Source of the DNA: a virus | Lineage: Duplodnaviria; Caudoviricetes | IMG/VR virus record: IMGVR_UViG_3300021430_000575 | Location: 1-64,000 of that record | Direction: 5' to 3' (one strand) | DNA length: 64,000 bases | In this document: piece after piece, positions 51,456 through 62,656 of the stretch | How positions within the stretch are numbered: the stretch's first letter is position 1 | Layout of the letters: each line of letters starts with the position of its first letter | The notes under the pieces: generated by a model | The model's database searches: none | The model's input: only the letters and a program-made list of their open reading frames with translations | What the model was told of the DNA's origin: nothing | Made by a program: the position numbers and the translations under genes

Positions 51456-54400
51456 TTAAATCTCCACCTTAAGTTTTGGTACGTCTTTTCTTTCTGCGTA
51501 AACAGTGTAAAAACATTTGATAGATTTTAGCCAACTTGAGCTGGCCACTGTTACGGTTTCAGCACTGATATTTTTTACATATAAACTCTGTGCCGACCCA
51601 TATGGTGTTAGATGTACCGTGATTGTGTCAGGATCAACTAGATGTTCCCAATACGCAGGTAGATCTATAACATCATCTCCGTCAAGTTTGCCTCTGATAT
51701 ACACACCATTTTCTGGACCTTCCAAGCTGGCATATTGTAGCTTCATGCCGGAGCGTGTTGGATGAGGTATTACGAAGCTCTTGGTTGTTGCTGCAAGACC
51801 GCCGTTTACAGTTAGTATATATCCGCTGACTGGAACAGTTGTACCTATTCCAACATTGCCGTTAACAAATATTTCTGAACCGGCAAATACATTACCTGCA
51901 ATTCCAACTCCGCCTGCTACGGTTAATGCTCCGGTTGTTGTGGAGGTAGATACCGTGGTATTGGTAACGGATATATTACCAACCCATGCACCGCTTGCAG
52001 TATAAACATTGCCTATCACAGTTAATTGTGCCTGTCCATAGACTGAACTTGTTCCGATACCTACTTGACCTGCAGGATTTACAAAGAACGTTGCACCGGT
52101 ATATACTCCTGCACTTCCGCTTACAGCTGGTCCTACTGCAAATGTTCCATCTACTGCTGTTTTTAATTGATAACCAGCCATACCGGCGTTTGCACCGGCA
52201 GTTCCAGATGCTGCCCAACGAAATCCACCATAGCTACCCGCAAAATAGAGGAGACCGGCAGCACCGGTACGACGATATGCAAACTTTGATCCGTCGTAAT
52301 AAACGTTTTCTCCAATGTGTGAATTGTTTAACGCATATGACTGAAACTCAAAAGAACCTGTGATGATATTTGGACGTGTAGTGTTAAAGGTACCAACGTC
52401 GAGTAATGTATTTGGAATAGTGGTTCCGATACCCACATACCCAACCGAACTAATTCTCATTTTTTCACTTGAATTGGTAGCAAATCCTAGTGTATTAGCA
52501 GTTGGTAACCATATACCATTTGGCGGTGCATTTGATCCGGTAACGTTTACGTTAGCTCCATTAATACTTCCGTCAACAAACAGGTTACTTGAAACACCAA
52601 CACCACCGGCTACGGTTAATGCTCCAGTTGTGCTACTAGTAGATGCAGTTGTATTGGTTATAGATAGATTACCAATTTGTGCGCTATTGGCAATACGTAC
52701 ATTTCCTGCAACATCTAATATTTGTGACGGAACAGTGGTTCCAATGCCAATTCTACCGTCGCTTCGTAGTGTTAAAACATTAGTGAGGTCACTTGGCAAA
52801 GTATTAGATAGCTTGATGTCTAGCTGAGTTCTAGCCCATACGCTGTCAAATCCCCATGCCGACATGTCAAACATTGCAAGCCCGGCATACACGACGCCGC
52901 TTTGGCCGCTTCTAGATAATACCATTACATTGCTTTGTGCGCTGCGTTGATTTGTGACCTTAGAAGTGATAATAGCACCGACATTGCTAAATGTAACAGA
53001 ACCTGTATCAGTCAGGTTATTACCGCTGTGTAGCGTAGCTAGTGGGTTTGTAACTCTAATTCCTACATTTCCACTTGAATTGATACGCATACTCTCTGTA
53101 CTTTTGGTTGAAAATCCTAGTGTATCAGCGACTGGTAACCAAATACCGTTTGGAGGAGCATTTGATCCAGTAACATTTACGTTAGCTCCATTAATACTTC
53201 CGCCAACAAACAAGTTACCTGCGACACCAATACCACCGGCTACAGTTAATGCACCAGTGGACGAATTGGTAGATATACTAGTATTAGTAACCGATATGTT
53301 CCCGACAGATACACTATTTTGAATAGCAGCATTACCTGTTAATGTTAATTGATTTGCGCCCGGATTAAAGGTAAACATAGGATCTGTTCTAATACCAATG
53401 TTACCGTTAGTTGCTTCGACGAAAGTAGGATAGAATGTTGCATTTGTAATAGTACTGGTTACAGATATATTGCTTGCGTTAAATGCTGTGTTGGCAACGC
53501 CAAATATTCGCCCGCCTACATATAAGTTTCCACCTACGCCAATTCCACCATTTCCTTGAATAATCAATGCGCCAGTTGATGTAGATGTAGATGGATTAGG
53601 TGTATTGCTTGCACTGCCGATCGTAATATTTCCAAATGCAGAGTCACCTAATGCTCCTGCATAAACTCCAGTTGTACTACCCGCTGTAGCATTGCTAATA
53701 TAAACAAATTGCCCTGTGCTATTTTGCCAACCAATAAACCCGTATCTATCTCCGCCGTTGGCGTAATAATGATATTCGAGACCTCGATCATAGCTATCTG
53801 AGGTTGTCAGAGGTTCTCCATTTGGTCCTGTGCCGATAGCCACCGACGGATCTTCAATTACTGTAATATTTGAGTTGATATAACTAACATTACCATTTAC
53901 AATTAGGTTACCAGCAACATATAAATTACCGCTAATACCAACACCACCTGCAACTGTTAATGCACCAGTTGTTGTACTAGTTGCTGCAGTAGAATTGGTA
54001 ATAGATATATTACCAATCCATGCACTATTTCCAGTGTAAACATTGCCTAACACAGTTAATTGTGCTGATCCATATACTGAGCTAGTACCAATACCAACTT
54101 TCCCCTGTACTGCTAATCCATCAGCCGGCGCCGCAGCTGACGATACGCCAGCATAGTTACGACCTATTACCTGATTCCCATAAACATCAACATTGTTAGT
54201 TGCTGCCGATCCGCCGCCTGCACCAACCCACAACCTACCGTTTCGTAGGTACATTACATTATACCCACTAAGTACGCTGTAACCATTACCATTAATTGAC
54301 CATGCGTATCCAGCTGAAAGATTATCAACATAAAATTGCATATAACCACTGCTAGCACCAATACCGACATTTGATATGCCTTCACGGTTCATTGCTATCC

Positions 54401-56657
54401 AAAGTCCTGCATCTGAATTTGGTTTAGCTAGAATTAGATTTGTACTTGTGCCACGTAAGCTAGGATTACTTGTTCCAATACCCACTTGACCACTGACTAT
54501 CATGGTATTTGCACTAGTGGTTATATTACCTGCATAGTTACCAATAGCTACACCACCTAATACATCAAGTGCATTGGTACCAGTAGATGTACCAATACTC
54601 AGTCCTCCAGTTGATGTTAATCTCATTCTTTCGGTTGAATTAGTTACAAATCCTAGTGTATTTGTAGTAGGCAGATATAAACCATTAGTAGGTAGATTTG
54701 CGCCAGTAACATTAAGGTTAGCTCCTTGTACCTGACCATCAGCAATCATGCTACCTGCAACACCGACACCACCTGCAACTGTAAGAGCACCAGTTGTTGT
54801 ACTAGTTGCTGCAGTAGAATTGGTAATAGATATATTACCGGCCCAGATACTTGCAGTGGTATATATATTTCCCCTTACATCTAACCGTTGTGTTGGGGAT
54901 GCTGTACCAAGGCCAAAATTACCACTAACATTATCAAAAAATAACTGATTAGTTGGAGCAAGTCTTACATTACCGCTGGTACTATATAAAATAGATCCGC
55001 TAACTGGTGTAAGATCTGAACTTGTACCACCTCGGCTCATTGGCAGTTGTCCGGCGGTAATACTTAGATTTGATAGATTAACTGCACCCCAGAATAATTC
55101 ACTTCCATTTGTGGTTAGTATTTTATCTATAGTGCCAATTGGTAATTTGCCAAGAAGTAGAGAGTCATTTGTTCCGTATAATAGATCGCCGTTGTTTACA
55201 GTTGTAAATCCAGTGCCACCAACATCTACGTTAATTACTTTACCAGCCCATTCAGCTCCTTTAATTCTGTTTGTTGATGGATTATAAACATATTCGGAAT
55301 CTGCACGTAGAACTGAGCTGCCGGATACAGTATCTACAAACGGAACATAATAATCATTATTATTAGTTGAGCTATCAACAATAACAACATTTGCTATATT
55401 TGCGCTGTTTAGTATAGATCCGTCTGGGAAACGAATTGAACTTTGTCGTCCGGCTACATTAGATATTTGTATGTTTCCAAAAACGGCAAATGTAGCATCA
55501 TTATATCCAACAGTTGATGACGTACCGATGCCAACATTACCATTGAAATTTGCCCGCCATCCTGATAGTTGTCCTGCAACACTGGCATTTTGCAGAATTT
55601 GCACATCGCCAGATATTAAAGCATTACCAACTAGGTCAAACCTACTGTTATTACCCAAATCAAATTGATAAACTACACATGCACCGGCTCCTGTTCCAGT
55701 ATCATTAGTAATGTAGATTGCACTGCCATCCGGTTTTAAATATGTTCCGGTTGGCGCTGTAATATTTGAAACCATGCTTGGTAGGCTAAACTGTGTTCGA
55801 TGTCTTGCAGTAGTTAGTGCCCACGGTTCTGATAAATCATATACATTAATTTCATCACCATTAGAGCCTATTATCAACATAGTTGCGCCATCTGACGTAA
55901 AAGTTATACTAGTAGGTGTTAATTCTTGCGAAGCAATTGAAAGAGAACTAACAACAGTATTTGATATACCTGCCAATGTCCACTGCGTGGCAGGTTTAAA
56001 TTCTACGACGCTTCGCGGATTTGTACCTATGGTTCCCGCAAATACAACAAAAAGAGAAGTACCATCTGGTTTCCAATAAATCTGTCTTGGTGCGTTATTA
56101 CTGCTGGTTATAATAATACTAGACCCACTGTAAGACAAAGATGACGACGACACATTCCATGGAATTGATAGATTATATTCGTATATACCAGTATTGTTGC
56201 CTGTCATCCACATCTTAGTACCAGTTGGATCAAAATACACTCCAACCGGATCACCATTTTGTGCAGCTAGTGACGGTGATGATCCTGCAAAGGTTGCAGT
56301 CGAAATATCCCAGGGAGTATCAAGATTATAATAATCAACAACATTTCCAGATGTACCGATGAGATAAAATATTTTACCATCAGGACTAAAAAATATATTA
56401 AAAGGATTTGCTTCTTGACCACTAACATCCAGTGATTTACCTGTATATACTAGAGTGTTACTGGTTAACACATTTGATATAATTTGCTTACCTGCAACAT
56501 AAAGAGTTGATGCAGGCAGCGAAGTACCAATACCAACACTGCCGCTGATAATAGCCCCATTGGCTATGGGTGTAGATTGTAGTGTGTATGAGCCTACAAC
56601 GAGATTAGACGATACTTGTAGACCGTTTTTGACTATAAAGTCGGTGTTATTGGCCAT
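51456..56657 (-). CDS. tail fibre (1733 aa) with beta-propeller repeats and C-terminal intramolecular chaperone
   Basis: F.PDG..Y......WD.STA repeats; KSFVIPHP...L.YASLEGPE.GVY.RG tail. Confidence 0.85.
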   Translation of the reverse strand: MANNTDFIVKNGLQVSSNLVVGSYTLQSTPIANGAIISGSVGIGTSLPASTLYVAGKQIISNVLTSNTLVYTGKSLDVSGQEANPFNIFFSPDGKIFYLIGTSGNVVDYYNLDTPWDISTATFAGSSPSLAAQNGDPVGVYFDPTGTKMWMTGNNTGIYEYNLSIPWNVSSSSLSYSGSSIIITSSNNAPRQIYWKPDGTSLFVVFAGTIGTNPRSVVEFKPATQWTLAGISNTVVSSLSIASQELTPTSITFTSDGATMLIIGSNGDEINVYDLSEPWALTTARHRTQFSLPSMVSNITAPTGTYLKPDGSAIYITNDTGTGAGACVVYQFDLGNNSRFDLVGNALISGDVQILQNASVAGQLSGWRANFNGNVGIGTSSTVGYNDATFAVFGNIQISNVAGRQSSIRFPDGSILNSANIANVVIVDSSTNNNDYYVPFVDTVSGSSVLRADSEYVYNPSTNRIKGAEWAGKVINVDVGGTGFTTVNNGDLLYGTNDSLLLGKLPIGTIDKILTTNGSELFWGAVNLSNLSITAGQLPMSRGGTSSDLTPVSGSILYSTSGNVRLAPTNQLFFDNVSGNFGLGTASPTQRLDVRGNIYTTASIWAGNISITNSTAATSTTTGALTVAGGVGVAGSMIADGQVQGANLNVTGANLPTNGLYLPTTNTLGFVTNSTERMRLTSTGGLSIGTSTGTNALDVLGGVAIGNYAGNITTSANTMIVSGQVGIGTSNPSLRGTSTNLILAKPNSDAGLWIAMNREGISNVGIGASSGYMQFYVDNLSAGYAWSINGNGYSVLSGYNVMYLRNGRLWVGAGGGSAATNNVDVYGNQVIGRNYAGVSSAAAPADGLAVQGKVGIGTSSVYGSAQLTVLGNVYTGNSAWIGNISITNSTAATSTTTGALTVAGGVGISGNLYVAGNLIVNGNVSYINSNITVIEDPSVAIGTGPNGEPLTTSDSYDRGLEYHYYANGGDRYGFIGWQNSTGQFVYISNATAGSTTGVYAGALGDSAFGNITIGSASNTPNPSTSTSTGALIIQGNGGIGVGGNLYVGGRIFGVANTAFNASNISVTSTITNATFYPTFVEATNGNIGIRTDPMFTFNPGANQLTLTGNAAIQNSVSVGNISVTNTSISTNSSTGALTVAGGIGVAGNLFVGGSINGANVNVTGSNAPPNGIWLPVADTLGFSTKSTESMRINSSGNVGIRVTNPLATLHSGNNLTDTGSVTFSNVGAIITSKVTNQRSAQSNVMVLSRSGQSGVVYAGLAMFDMSAWGFDSVWARTQLDIKLSNTLPSDLTNVLTLRSDGRIGIGTTVPSQILDVAGNVRIANSAQIGNLSITNTTASTSSTTGALTVAGGVGVSSNLFVDGSINGANVNVTGSNAPPNGIWLPTANTLGFATNSSEKMRISSVGYVGIGTTIPNTLLDVGTFNTTRPNIITGSFEFQSYALNNSHIGENVYYDGSKFAYRRTGAAGLLYFAGSYGGFRWAASGTAGANAGMAGYQLKTAVDGTFAVGPAVSGSAGVYTGATFFVNPAGQVGIGTSSVYGQAQLTVIGNVYTASGAWVGNISVTNTTVSTSTTTGALTVAGGVGIAGNVFAGSEIFVNGNVGIGTTVPVSGYILTVNGGLAATTKSFVIPHPTRSGMKLQYASLEGPENGVYIRGKLDGDDVIDLPAYWEHLVDPDTITVHLTPYGSAQSLYVKNISAETVTVASSSWLKSIKCFYTVYAERKDVPKLKVEI

Positions 56658-56724
56658 ATGATTTCCCTTTCCATCACTGCCATAATTGATTTATTACGTA
56701 TTTATGTTAATCAACACCCAACTT

Positions 56725-59700
56725 TTAAATTTCAATCGATGTTCTAATCAATTTTACAGTTTTATTGGTTGCTGCAATTGGTGTAAAGGTAAGAGATAAC
56801 GTACCGGTTGCTATAGACGCATCAAATGTTCCTAGCCCGTTTGGATTTGTTATATTACTGCTATACATTATGTTGTATTCAGTTTTATAAACAGTGGTAC
56901 CATCGTGCATTACAGTAATTTGAACAATATGATATTGAGAATTGGTATTGTCTGTAATTTGGATCATATAATGTGCAGTACGATATACAGCAATAGGCCA
57001 GCTATCAAGTATTTTATCTCCAGTCGTCCCAAATGCTGTAACATTACCATTTAATATAAATGCATTGCCAGAAACTGATGTATTACTAATGACCTTGTCA
57101 ACTGTAATTGTACCAGCAGCATATATGTTACCGCCAATTCCTGCACCACCTGCTACAACTAATGCACCAGTTGATGTACTAGTAGAAGCTGTGGTATTTG
57201 TAACTGAAATATTTCCAGCCCATACACTGTTAGCAACATAAACGTTACCTCTTACACCAACTCCTCCAGCTACTGTTAGTGCGCCTGTTGTGCTACTGGT
57301 TGCAGCAGTGGTGTTATTAATGGACATATTACCTGCCCAAACACTGCTCGGTGTAAAGATGTTACCTGTTGCTCCAATACCACCTGCTACTGTTAATGCC
57401 CCAGTGGTAGAAGATGTAGTTGCAGTGGTATTTGTAACCGAAATATTTCCAACCCATACGCTCGATGGCGTAAAGATATTGCCTGCAATTCCCGCACCGC
57501 CCCTGACAAGTAAGGCACCGGTTGTACTGCTGGTTGTCGGTGTTGTGTTAGTAATAGATGCATTTCCAAACCATGCACTGCTTGGAGTAAAAATGTTACC
57601 TGCAATTCCAGCACCACCTCTAACAAGTAAGGCACCGGTTGTACTGCTGGTTGTCGGTGTTGTATTGGTGATTGATGCATTACCTGCCCATAAACTAGTA
57701 GATGTAAAGATATTACCAGCTGTTCCAATACCTCCAGTAACTATCAGTGCACCTGTGTTATTTGATATAGTAGGAGTTGCATTGGCTATGAAAAGACTAC
57801 CGTGTGTGGCACCTGCAGATGTAAACAAGTTACCAGATATTCCAACACCGCCTACAACTACAAGAGCACCAGTTGTGCTACTTGTAGATGGAGTTGAATT
57901 GTTAATTGATACGTTTCCAAACCATGCACTACTTGGTGTAAAGATATTACCAGAAAGTCCAATACCACCTGTAACTACTAGTGCTCCTGTAGTAGAAGAA
58001 GTAGTTGTGTTAGAACTTGTTATAGTAGCATTATTCAACCATGTCCATCCACCGGCGTATAGGTTGCCAGATATTCCTACACCACCAGCTACTGTTAGTG
58101 CTCCAGATGTTGTACTGATTGCAGGTGTTGTATTAGTAACAGATATATTACCTGCCCATACACTTGATGGAGTAAAGATATTACCGGCAATTCCTGCACC
58201 ACCTGCAACTATCAGCGCTCCACTTGTACTATTAGTAGTTGATGTTGTATTGGTAATAGACGCGTTACCTGCCCATAAGCTAGTAGATGTAAAGATATTA
58301 CCAGCTGTACCAATACCACCTACAACTACAAGAGCACCAGTTGCATTACTAGTTGTTGCAGTAGCATTTGTAATAGATGCGTTACCTGCCCATAAACTTG
58401 TGGATGTAAAGATAGCTCCTGCTGTACCAATACCACCTGTTACTACCAGTGCCCCTGTTGTAGGGCTAACTGTAGCAGTTGCATTTGTGATAGATAGATT
58501 ACCAATCCACGCGCTAGATGGTGTAAAGATGTTACCTGCAATCCCAACACCGCCTCTAACAATTAAGGCACCAGTTGTACTGCTAGTTGTTGGTGTTGTA
58601 TTGGTAATAGATGCATTTCCAGCCCATAAGCTAGTAGATGTAAAGATATTACCTGCTGTACCAATACCACCTGTTACTACTAATGCACCTGTTGTATTGC
58701 TGGTTGTTGCAGTTGCATTTGTAATTGAAATATTACCAAATCGACCGCCGTTCTGTACATATGCACTACCGATAAGAGATAGTATTCCAGTACCAGGATT
58801 GTATGTAAGTGCAGTGTTAGTTCTAGCTGTGAGATTTCCAGAAGTCGCTTCAAAAAATGCAGGGTAGAATGTAGCATTAGTTGATACAGCGGTTACAGTT
58901 AGATTGCTTGCATTAATAGAAGTGTTAACAACACCAAATATTGTTCCACCAACATAAATGTTCCCGCCTACACCAATACCACCTGTGCCTTGTATAACTA
59001 ATGCACCAGTTGAGGTTGATATTGACGGTTTAGGAGTGTTAAGTGCACTGCCAATAACTACGTTACCAAATGCACCGTCACCCAATGCTCCAGAATATAT
59101 ACCGGTACTGTTACCAGCAGTTGCATTAGCAATAAAGACAAATTGTCCTGTGTTATTTTGCCAACCAATAAATCCATATCTGTCACCACCGCCGGCATAA
59201 TAGTGATATTCTAATCCTCTATCATAGCTATCTGGAGTGGTTAGTGGTGTACCATTTGGGCCTGTGCCAATTGCAATTGAAGGATCTTCTATAACAGCAA
59301 CATTGGTATTAATGTAGCTGACATTACCATTTACAATTAAGTTTCCAGAAACAAGAAGATTTCCTCCGATTGTAGCCGAGTTACCTACATATAAACTCTT
59401 AGCAATACCAACTCCGCCGGCAACAACAAGAGAACCAGTTGTAGTGCTAGTTGCATCGACAGTACCATTTATTATTACAGATGTATTACTGGTAAGTCCT
59501 TGTACGTTTGCAGCAGTTGTAGCATTTAAATATGATGTCTTTACAAATGTATTGCTGGTAATATCATTAGCAATTACGGATGTAACAAAATTTGAAACAC
59601 CTGACTGAACATATAACCCACCAGCAACAATGTTAGCACCATTTCTAATAACTACGTTGCCATTTACATCTAGGTATCCAGTAGGACTACTGGTATTAAT

Positions 59701-61389
59701 ACCTAATCTACCGTTAGTGTTATTCCAGTACAATGCAGCAGGATTTGTAATAGCCATTGCGGTTGATGTACTGTATACCATTCCTCCAGCAGCAGCAGTT
59801 AATGCAGCATTAGTTCCGCCGTTTGCTAATGGTAATATCCCAGATACATCAGTAGTCAACGCTACTTGGCTAAATGTAATAGATGTTCCATCAGTTCTTA
59901 AAACTCGGTTAGCTGTTGTACCGGATGTCCATTGAGGTGATCCAGTAGCACCTGTAACCATTGCTGATGTTGTACTTGTAAGCAGAGTTGACATAGAAAC
60001 GGTATTACCGCTACCATATAACAATGCATATTGTGGAATGCTAGGCGTACCTGTGCCGCCATTTGCAACTTGTAAAGTTCCTGTAATACCAAATTGCGCA
60101 TTAACTTTACTAAAACTTAGTGCACCACCTCCGACATTAGTAGTTAGATATGTGTATGGACCACCGGTTACAGCCGTTGGACCACCGTTGTTATCAAATA
60201 CCACAGCAGCATTTGTGTTACTGGTAAGGCTGCTCATTACCAATCCGTTACTGGCAGTAATCACTACTGCGTTACCAGAAAACGCCGAGGCGTTAGTACC
60301 ACCGTTTACAATTGCCAGTTTGCCACTGACCATAGTGCTAACATCAAGCTTACCCCATTCAGGTGCATCACCTGCAGTATTAGTGATTAACACATTTCCG
60401 TATGGTTTGATATTTAATCTCTCTAATGTTGAACCACTGTTAGCTTTGTATAGGATTTGACCATTGCTCCACCCACTTGAATCTAATCCGGTTCCTCCAT
60501 AACTTAATTCAACTGGCGATCCATACCAAGTACCAACTGTTACTGCACCGTCAGATGATATAACAAATTTTTCTGAAAGACTTGAATTAATAAATTTTAA
60601 AAATTGTCCGTCAGATTTAACCTGTATAGAATTCTGAGACGCATCTGCAACAATAGAAAGCTTTGAACTAGGTGAGCTATCACCGATGCCAATGTTGCCA
60701 GAAACTACTAAACTGTTATCTGGTACAGAAACTGCAGTCGACCATCCAAGTGCAGCATTTCCGTTAATAGTAAGAGTAGCAGAAGGTTGTGTATTTCCAA
60801 TTCCAACTCTACCAGATTGAGTTACAACCAAGGTTGGTAAATTTGGGGACTGTGCTCCGGTAAAATATCCATAGTTATTAACAGGATCATAGCCTACAAT
60901 TAAGTTGCTGCCTACTGGAGAATTATTTCCAATTTGTATTTCATAATTTGTTCCATTTCTGGAAGAAAATACCGCAGGCCCGTCTGTGCCTACTACATGG
61001 AAAATATATTTGGCTTCTGATGTTCCAATACCAACATGGCTATTACTGGTATGAAAAGTAAAGAGAGAACTGCCACCAAATCCGGTACCAGTGTTATACT
61101 GAACGCTGTTAACCGGTCCACCGGCTGGTGTGCTATAACTTGCTGCGCTGGTTGCTTGATATGTGCCGTCTGGAAAGTAAATTCCGCTTATAGTACCTGC
61201 AACATTGGTAATTTGTATATTACCCACAACATGTAATTTTTGTGTGGGAATCGCTGTGCCAATACCTACGTTACCGCTTACAATCATACCATTAATAGGT
61301 GCTGCGTTAGCTAGTGTATAACTACCGACCACCACATTACTGGTTACTTGCAAGCCATTTCTTAGAATAAAATCAACAGGATTAGCCAT
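56725..61389 (-). CDS. tail fibre (1554 aa)
   Basis: Fibre repeats; C-terminal YRTAHY.IQ...H.GT..Y..EY domain. Confidence 0.85.
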   Translation of the reverse strand: MANPVDFILRNGLQVTSNVVVGSYTLANAAPINGMIVSGNVGIGTAIPTQKLHVVGNIQITNVAGTISGIYFPDGTYQATSAASYSTPAGGPVNSVQYNTGTGFGGSSLFTFHTSNSHVGIGTSEAKYIFHVVGTDGPAVFSSRNGTNYEIQIGNNSPVGSNLIVGYDPVNNYGYFTGAQSPNLPTLVVTQSGRVGIGNTQPSATLTINGNAALGWSTAVSVPDNSLVVSGNIGIGDSSPSSKLSIVADASQNSIQVKSDGQFLKFINSSLSEKFVISSDGAVTVGTWYGSPVELSYGGTGLDSSGWSNGQILYKANSGSTLERLNIKPYGNVLITNTAGDAPEWGKLDVSTMVSGKLAIVNGGTNASAFSGNAVVITASNGLVMSSLTSNTNAAVVFDNNGGPTAVTGGPYTYLTTNVGGGALSFSKVNAQFGITGTLQVANGGTGTPSIPQYALLYGSGNTVSMSTLLTSTTSAMVTGATGSPQWTSGTTANRVLRTDGTSITFSQVALTTDVSGILPLANGGTNAALTAAAGGMVYSTSTAMAITNPAALYWNNTNGRLGINTSSPTGYLDVNGNVVIRNGANIVAGGLYVQSGVSNFVTSVIANDITSNTFVKTSYLNATTAANVQGLTSNTSVIINGTVDATSTTTGSLVVAGGVGIAKSLYVGNSATIGGNLLVSGNLIVNGNVSYINTNVAVIEDPSIAIGTGPNGTPLTTPDSYDRGLEYHYYAGGGDRYGFIGWQNNTGQFVFIANATAGNSTGIYSGALGDGAFGNVVIGSALNTPKPSISTSTGALVIQGTGGIGVGGNIYVGGTIFGVVNTSINASNLTVTAVSTNATFYPAFFEATSGNLTARTNTALTYNPGTGILSLIGSAYVQNGGRFGNISITNATATTSNTTGALVVTGGIGTAGNIFTSTSLWAGNASITNTTPTTSSTTGALIVRGGVGIAGNIFTPSSAWIGNLSITNATATVSPTTGALVVTGGIGTAGAIFTSTSLWAGNASITNATATTSNATGALVVVGGIGTAGNIFTSTSLWAGNASITNTTSTTNSTSGALIVAGGAGIAGNIFTPSSVWAGNISVTNTTPAISTTSGALTVAGGVGISGNLYAGGWTWLNNATITSSNTTTSSTTGALVVTGGIGLSGNIFTPSSAWFGNVSINNSTPSTSSTTGALVVVGGVGISGNLFTSAGATHGSLFIANATPTISNNTGALIVTGGIGTAGNIFTSTSLWAGNASITNTTPTTSSTTGALLVRGGAGIAGNIFTPSSAWFGNASITNTTPTTSSTTGALLVRGGAGIAGNIFTPSSVWVGNISVTNTTATTSSTTGALTVAGGIGATGNIFTPSSVWAGNMSINNTTAATSSTTGALTVAGGVGVRGNVYVANSVWAGNISVTNTTASTSTSTGALVVAGGAGIGGNIYAAGTITVDKVISNTSVSGNAFILNGNVTAFGTTGDKILDSWPIAVYRTAHYMIQITDNTNSQYHIVQITVMHDGTTVYKTEYNIMYSSNITNPNGLGTFDASIATGTLSLTFTPIAATNKTVKLIRTSIEI
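57100..58737 (-). repeat. 14 x 117-bp (39-aa) coding tandem repeat
   Basis: GNxSITNxTxTTSSTTGALxVxGGxGxxGNIFTxxSxWx unit counted in the translation. Confidence 0.85.
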
Positions 61390-61472
61390 AAAAAAACCTC
61401 AATAAAGAACCACAGTTCATGCTCTATGTTACTCTATTTATCATTTTTTAATTTTAGAGTTGACTTGTACTA

Positions 61473-62186
61473 TTATGGCTCAATACTTGTTCGTATTACC
61501 TTGATGTTTTTATCACTTATATAAAAAGGACTAAAATTTAACTCTACATTACCACTGTTGACTACGCAGTCAAATTCACCAAGTTTTTGCTGAGTTACCA
61601 CAATATTATATTCACTTTTAAAAGCTTTAATTCCATCATGTATAATCATTATTTGACTGGTATGATACCAACTGTAATCGTTGTCTGTTACCTGAACAAT
61701 ATAATGACAACTTCTATAATCAACAGCAGGAAAACTATCTAGTACAACTGTACTGAGATCAGAAACGCTGGTATCTGTACTTTCATACCCAACATCTTTA
61801 ATTTGTAGAGTAGAGCGAGGATTGTTAGTTCCTATTCCTAACCGAGCAGTTGAATTATCAAAATATAAATTTATAGAGCTGCCAAAGTTACCATTATCAT
61901 AAAATTGAACGTAGCCTTGGTTTCCGCTGGGAGAAATAGTTACAGCTTTGGTGGTTTGATGTGTGCCATCTGCAAAGATGTAACCAGAATTGGTACCCGA
62001 AACCGATACATTACCTATTACTGACAGTGGATTTTCTGGTAAACCGGTTCCAATTCCTACTTTATTATCAATTATAAAAACATTACCGGCTGTGTTAATA
62101 TCAGTTGACGATGCAGCAACAATCACTTGGCCGGTTGATGCACCTTGTTTTCTAAGATATTCTATGTCTAAATATTTAACTACCAT
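61473..62186 (-). CDS. short fibre-like protein sharing its C-terminal domain with 56725..61389
   Basis: YRSCHYIVQV...HDG..A..SEY. Confidence 0.75.
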   Translation of the reverse strand: MVVKYLDIEYLRKQGASTGQVIVAASSTDINTAGNVFIIDNKVGIGTGLPENPLSVIGNVSVSGTNSGYIFADGTHQTTKAVTISPSGNQGYVQFYDNGNFGSSINLYFDNSTARLGIGTNNPRSTLQIKDVGYESTDTSVSDLSTVVLDSFPAVDYRSCHYIVQVTDNDYSWYHTSQIMIIHDGIKAFKSEYNIVVTQQKLGEFDCVVNSGNVELNFSPFYISDKNIKVIRTSIEP

Positions 62187-62251
62187 TGATATGCTACTTT
62201 ATAAGATATTATGTAGCAATATTTATGCTATTATACTAATTGAAACTATTA

Positions 62252-62656
62252 CTAGAAAGTATTAATTTTTAACCAATGAATTGTTGTTGATGGTTCAAGA
62301 GCATGAATAGAATGTATTTCATTTAATTCAATATTTGCTGTTTCTCCAGGACCAAGTTCAATATCACCTTGGTAATCTCTTTTTACCAAAACACGTCCTT
62401 CCACACATTCTATATTATGAAGATTTTGTTCAGTGTTATGCTGATGGTGGTAAAATACACCATCGGTTGAAAACTTATAAGTTGTACCAGCGACAATCAT
62501 ACCTGTGGAATTATCAGGTAAATCAGTTCCTAGTAGCCTAGTTGGTATATCCGGCGGATTTATCAATGAGCTAATATCATAATTAAGTGAACGGCCGTCT
62601 TCAAACGTTACCGTTACGGTTTTATCAGTATGATGTGTGATTATCCAATTATCCAT
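62252..62656 (-). CDS. cupin-like protein (start re-called to ATG 62656)
   Basis: H.H......H.I.C..G....HSI.ALE. Confidence 0.65.
   Translation of the reverse strand: MDNWIITHHTDKTVTVTFEDGRSLNYDISSLINPPDIPTRLLGTDLPDNSTGMIVAGTTYKFSTDGVFYHHQHNTEQNLHNIECVEGRVLVKRDYQGDIELGPGETANIELNEIHSIHALEPSTTIHWLKINTF

Noticed and set aside
57290-58867. 525-aa + strand ORF and other antisense ORFs in fibre genes
   Set aside because: Shadow frames caused by Thr/Gly/Ala-rich repeats on the coding strand
41676-61389. Diversity-generating retroelement TR/VR pairs in the fibre genes
   Set aside because: Duplicated blocks differ mainly at synonymous positions, not only at adenines, and no reverse transcriptase is in the window
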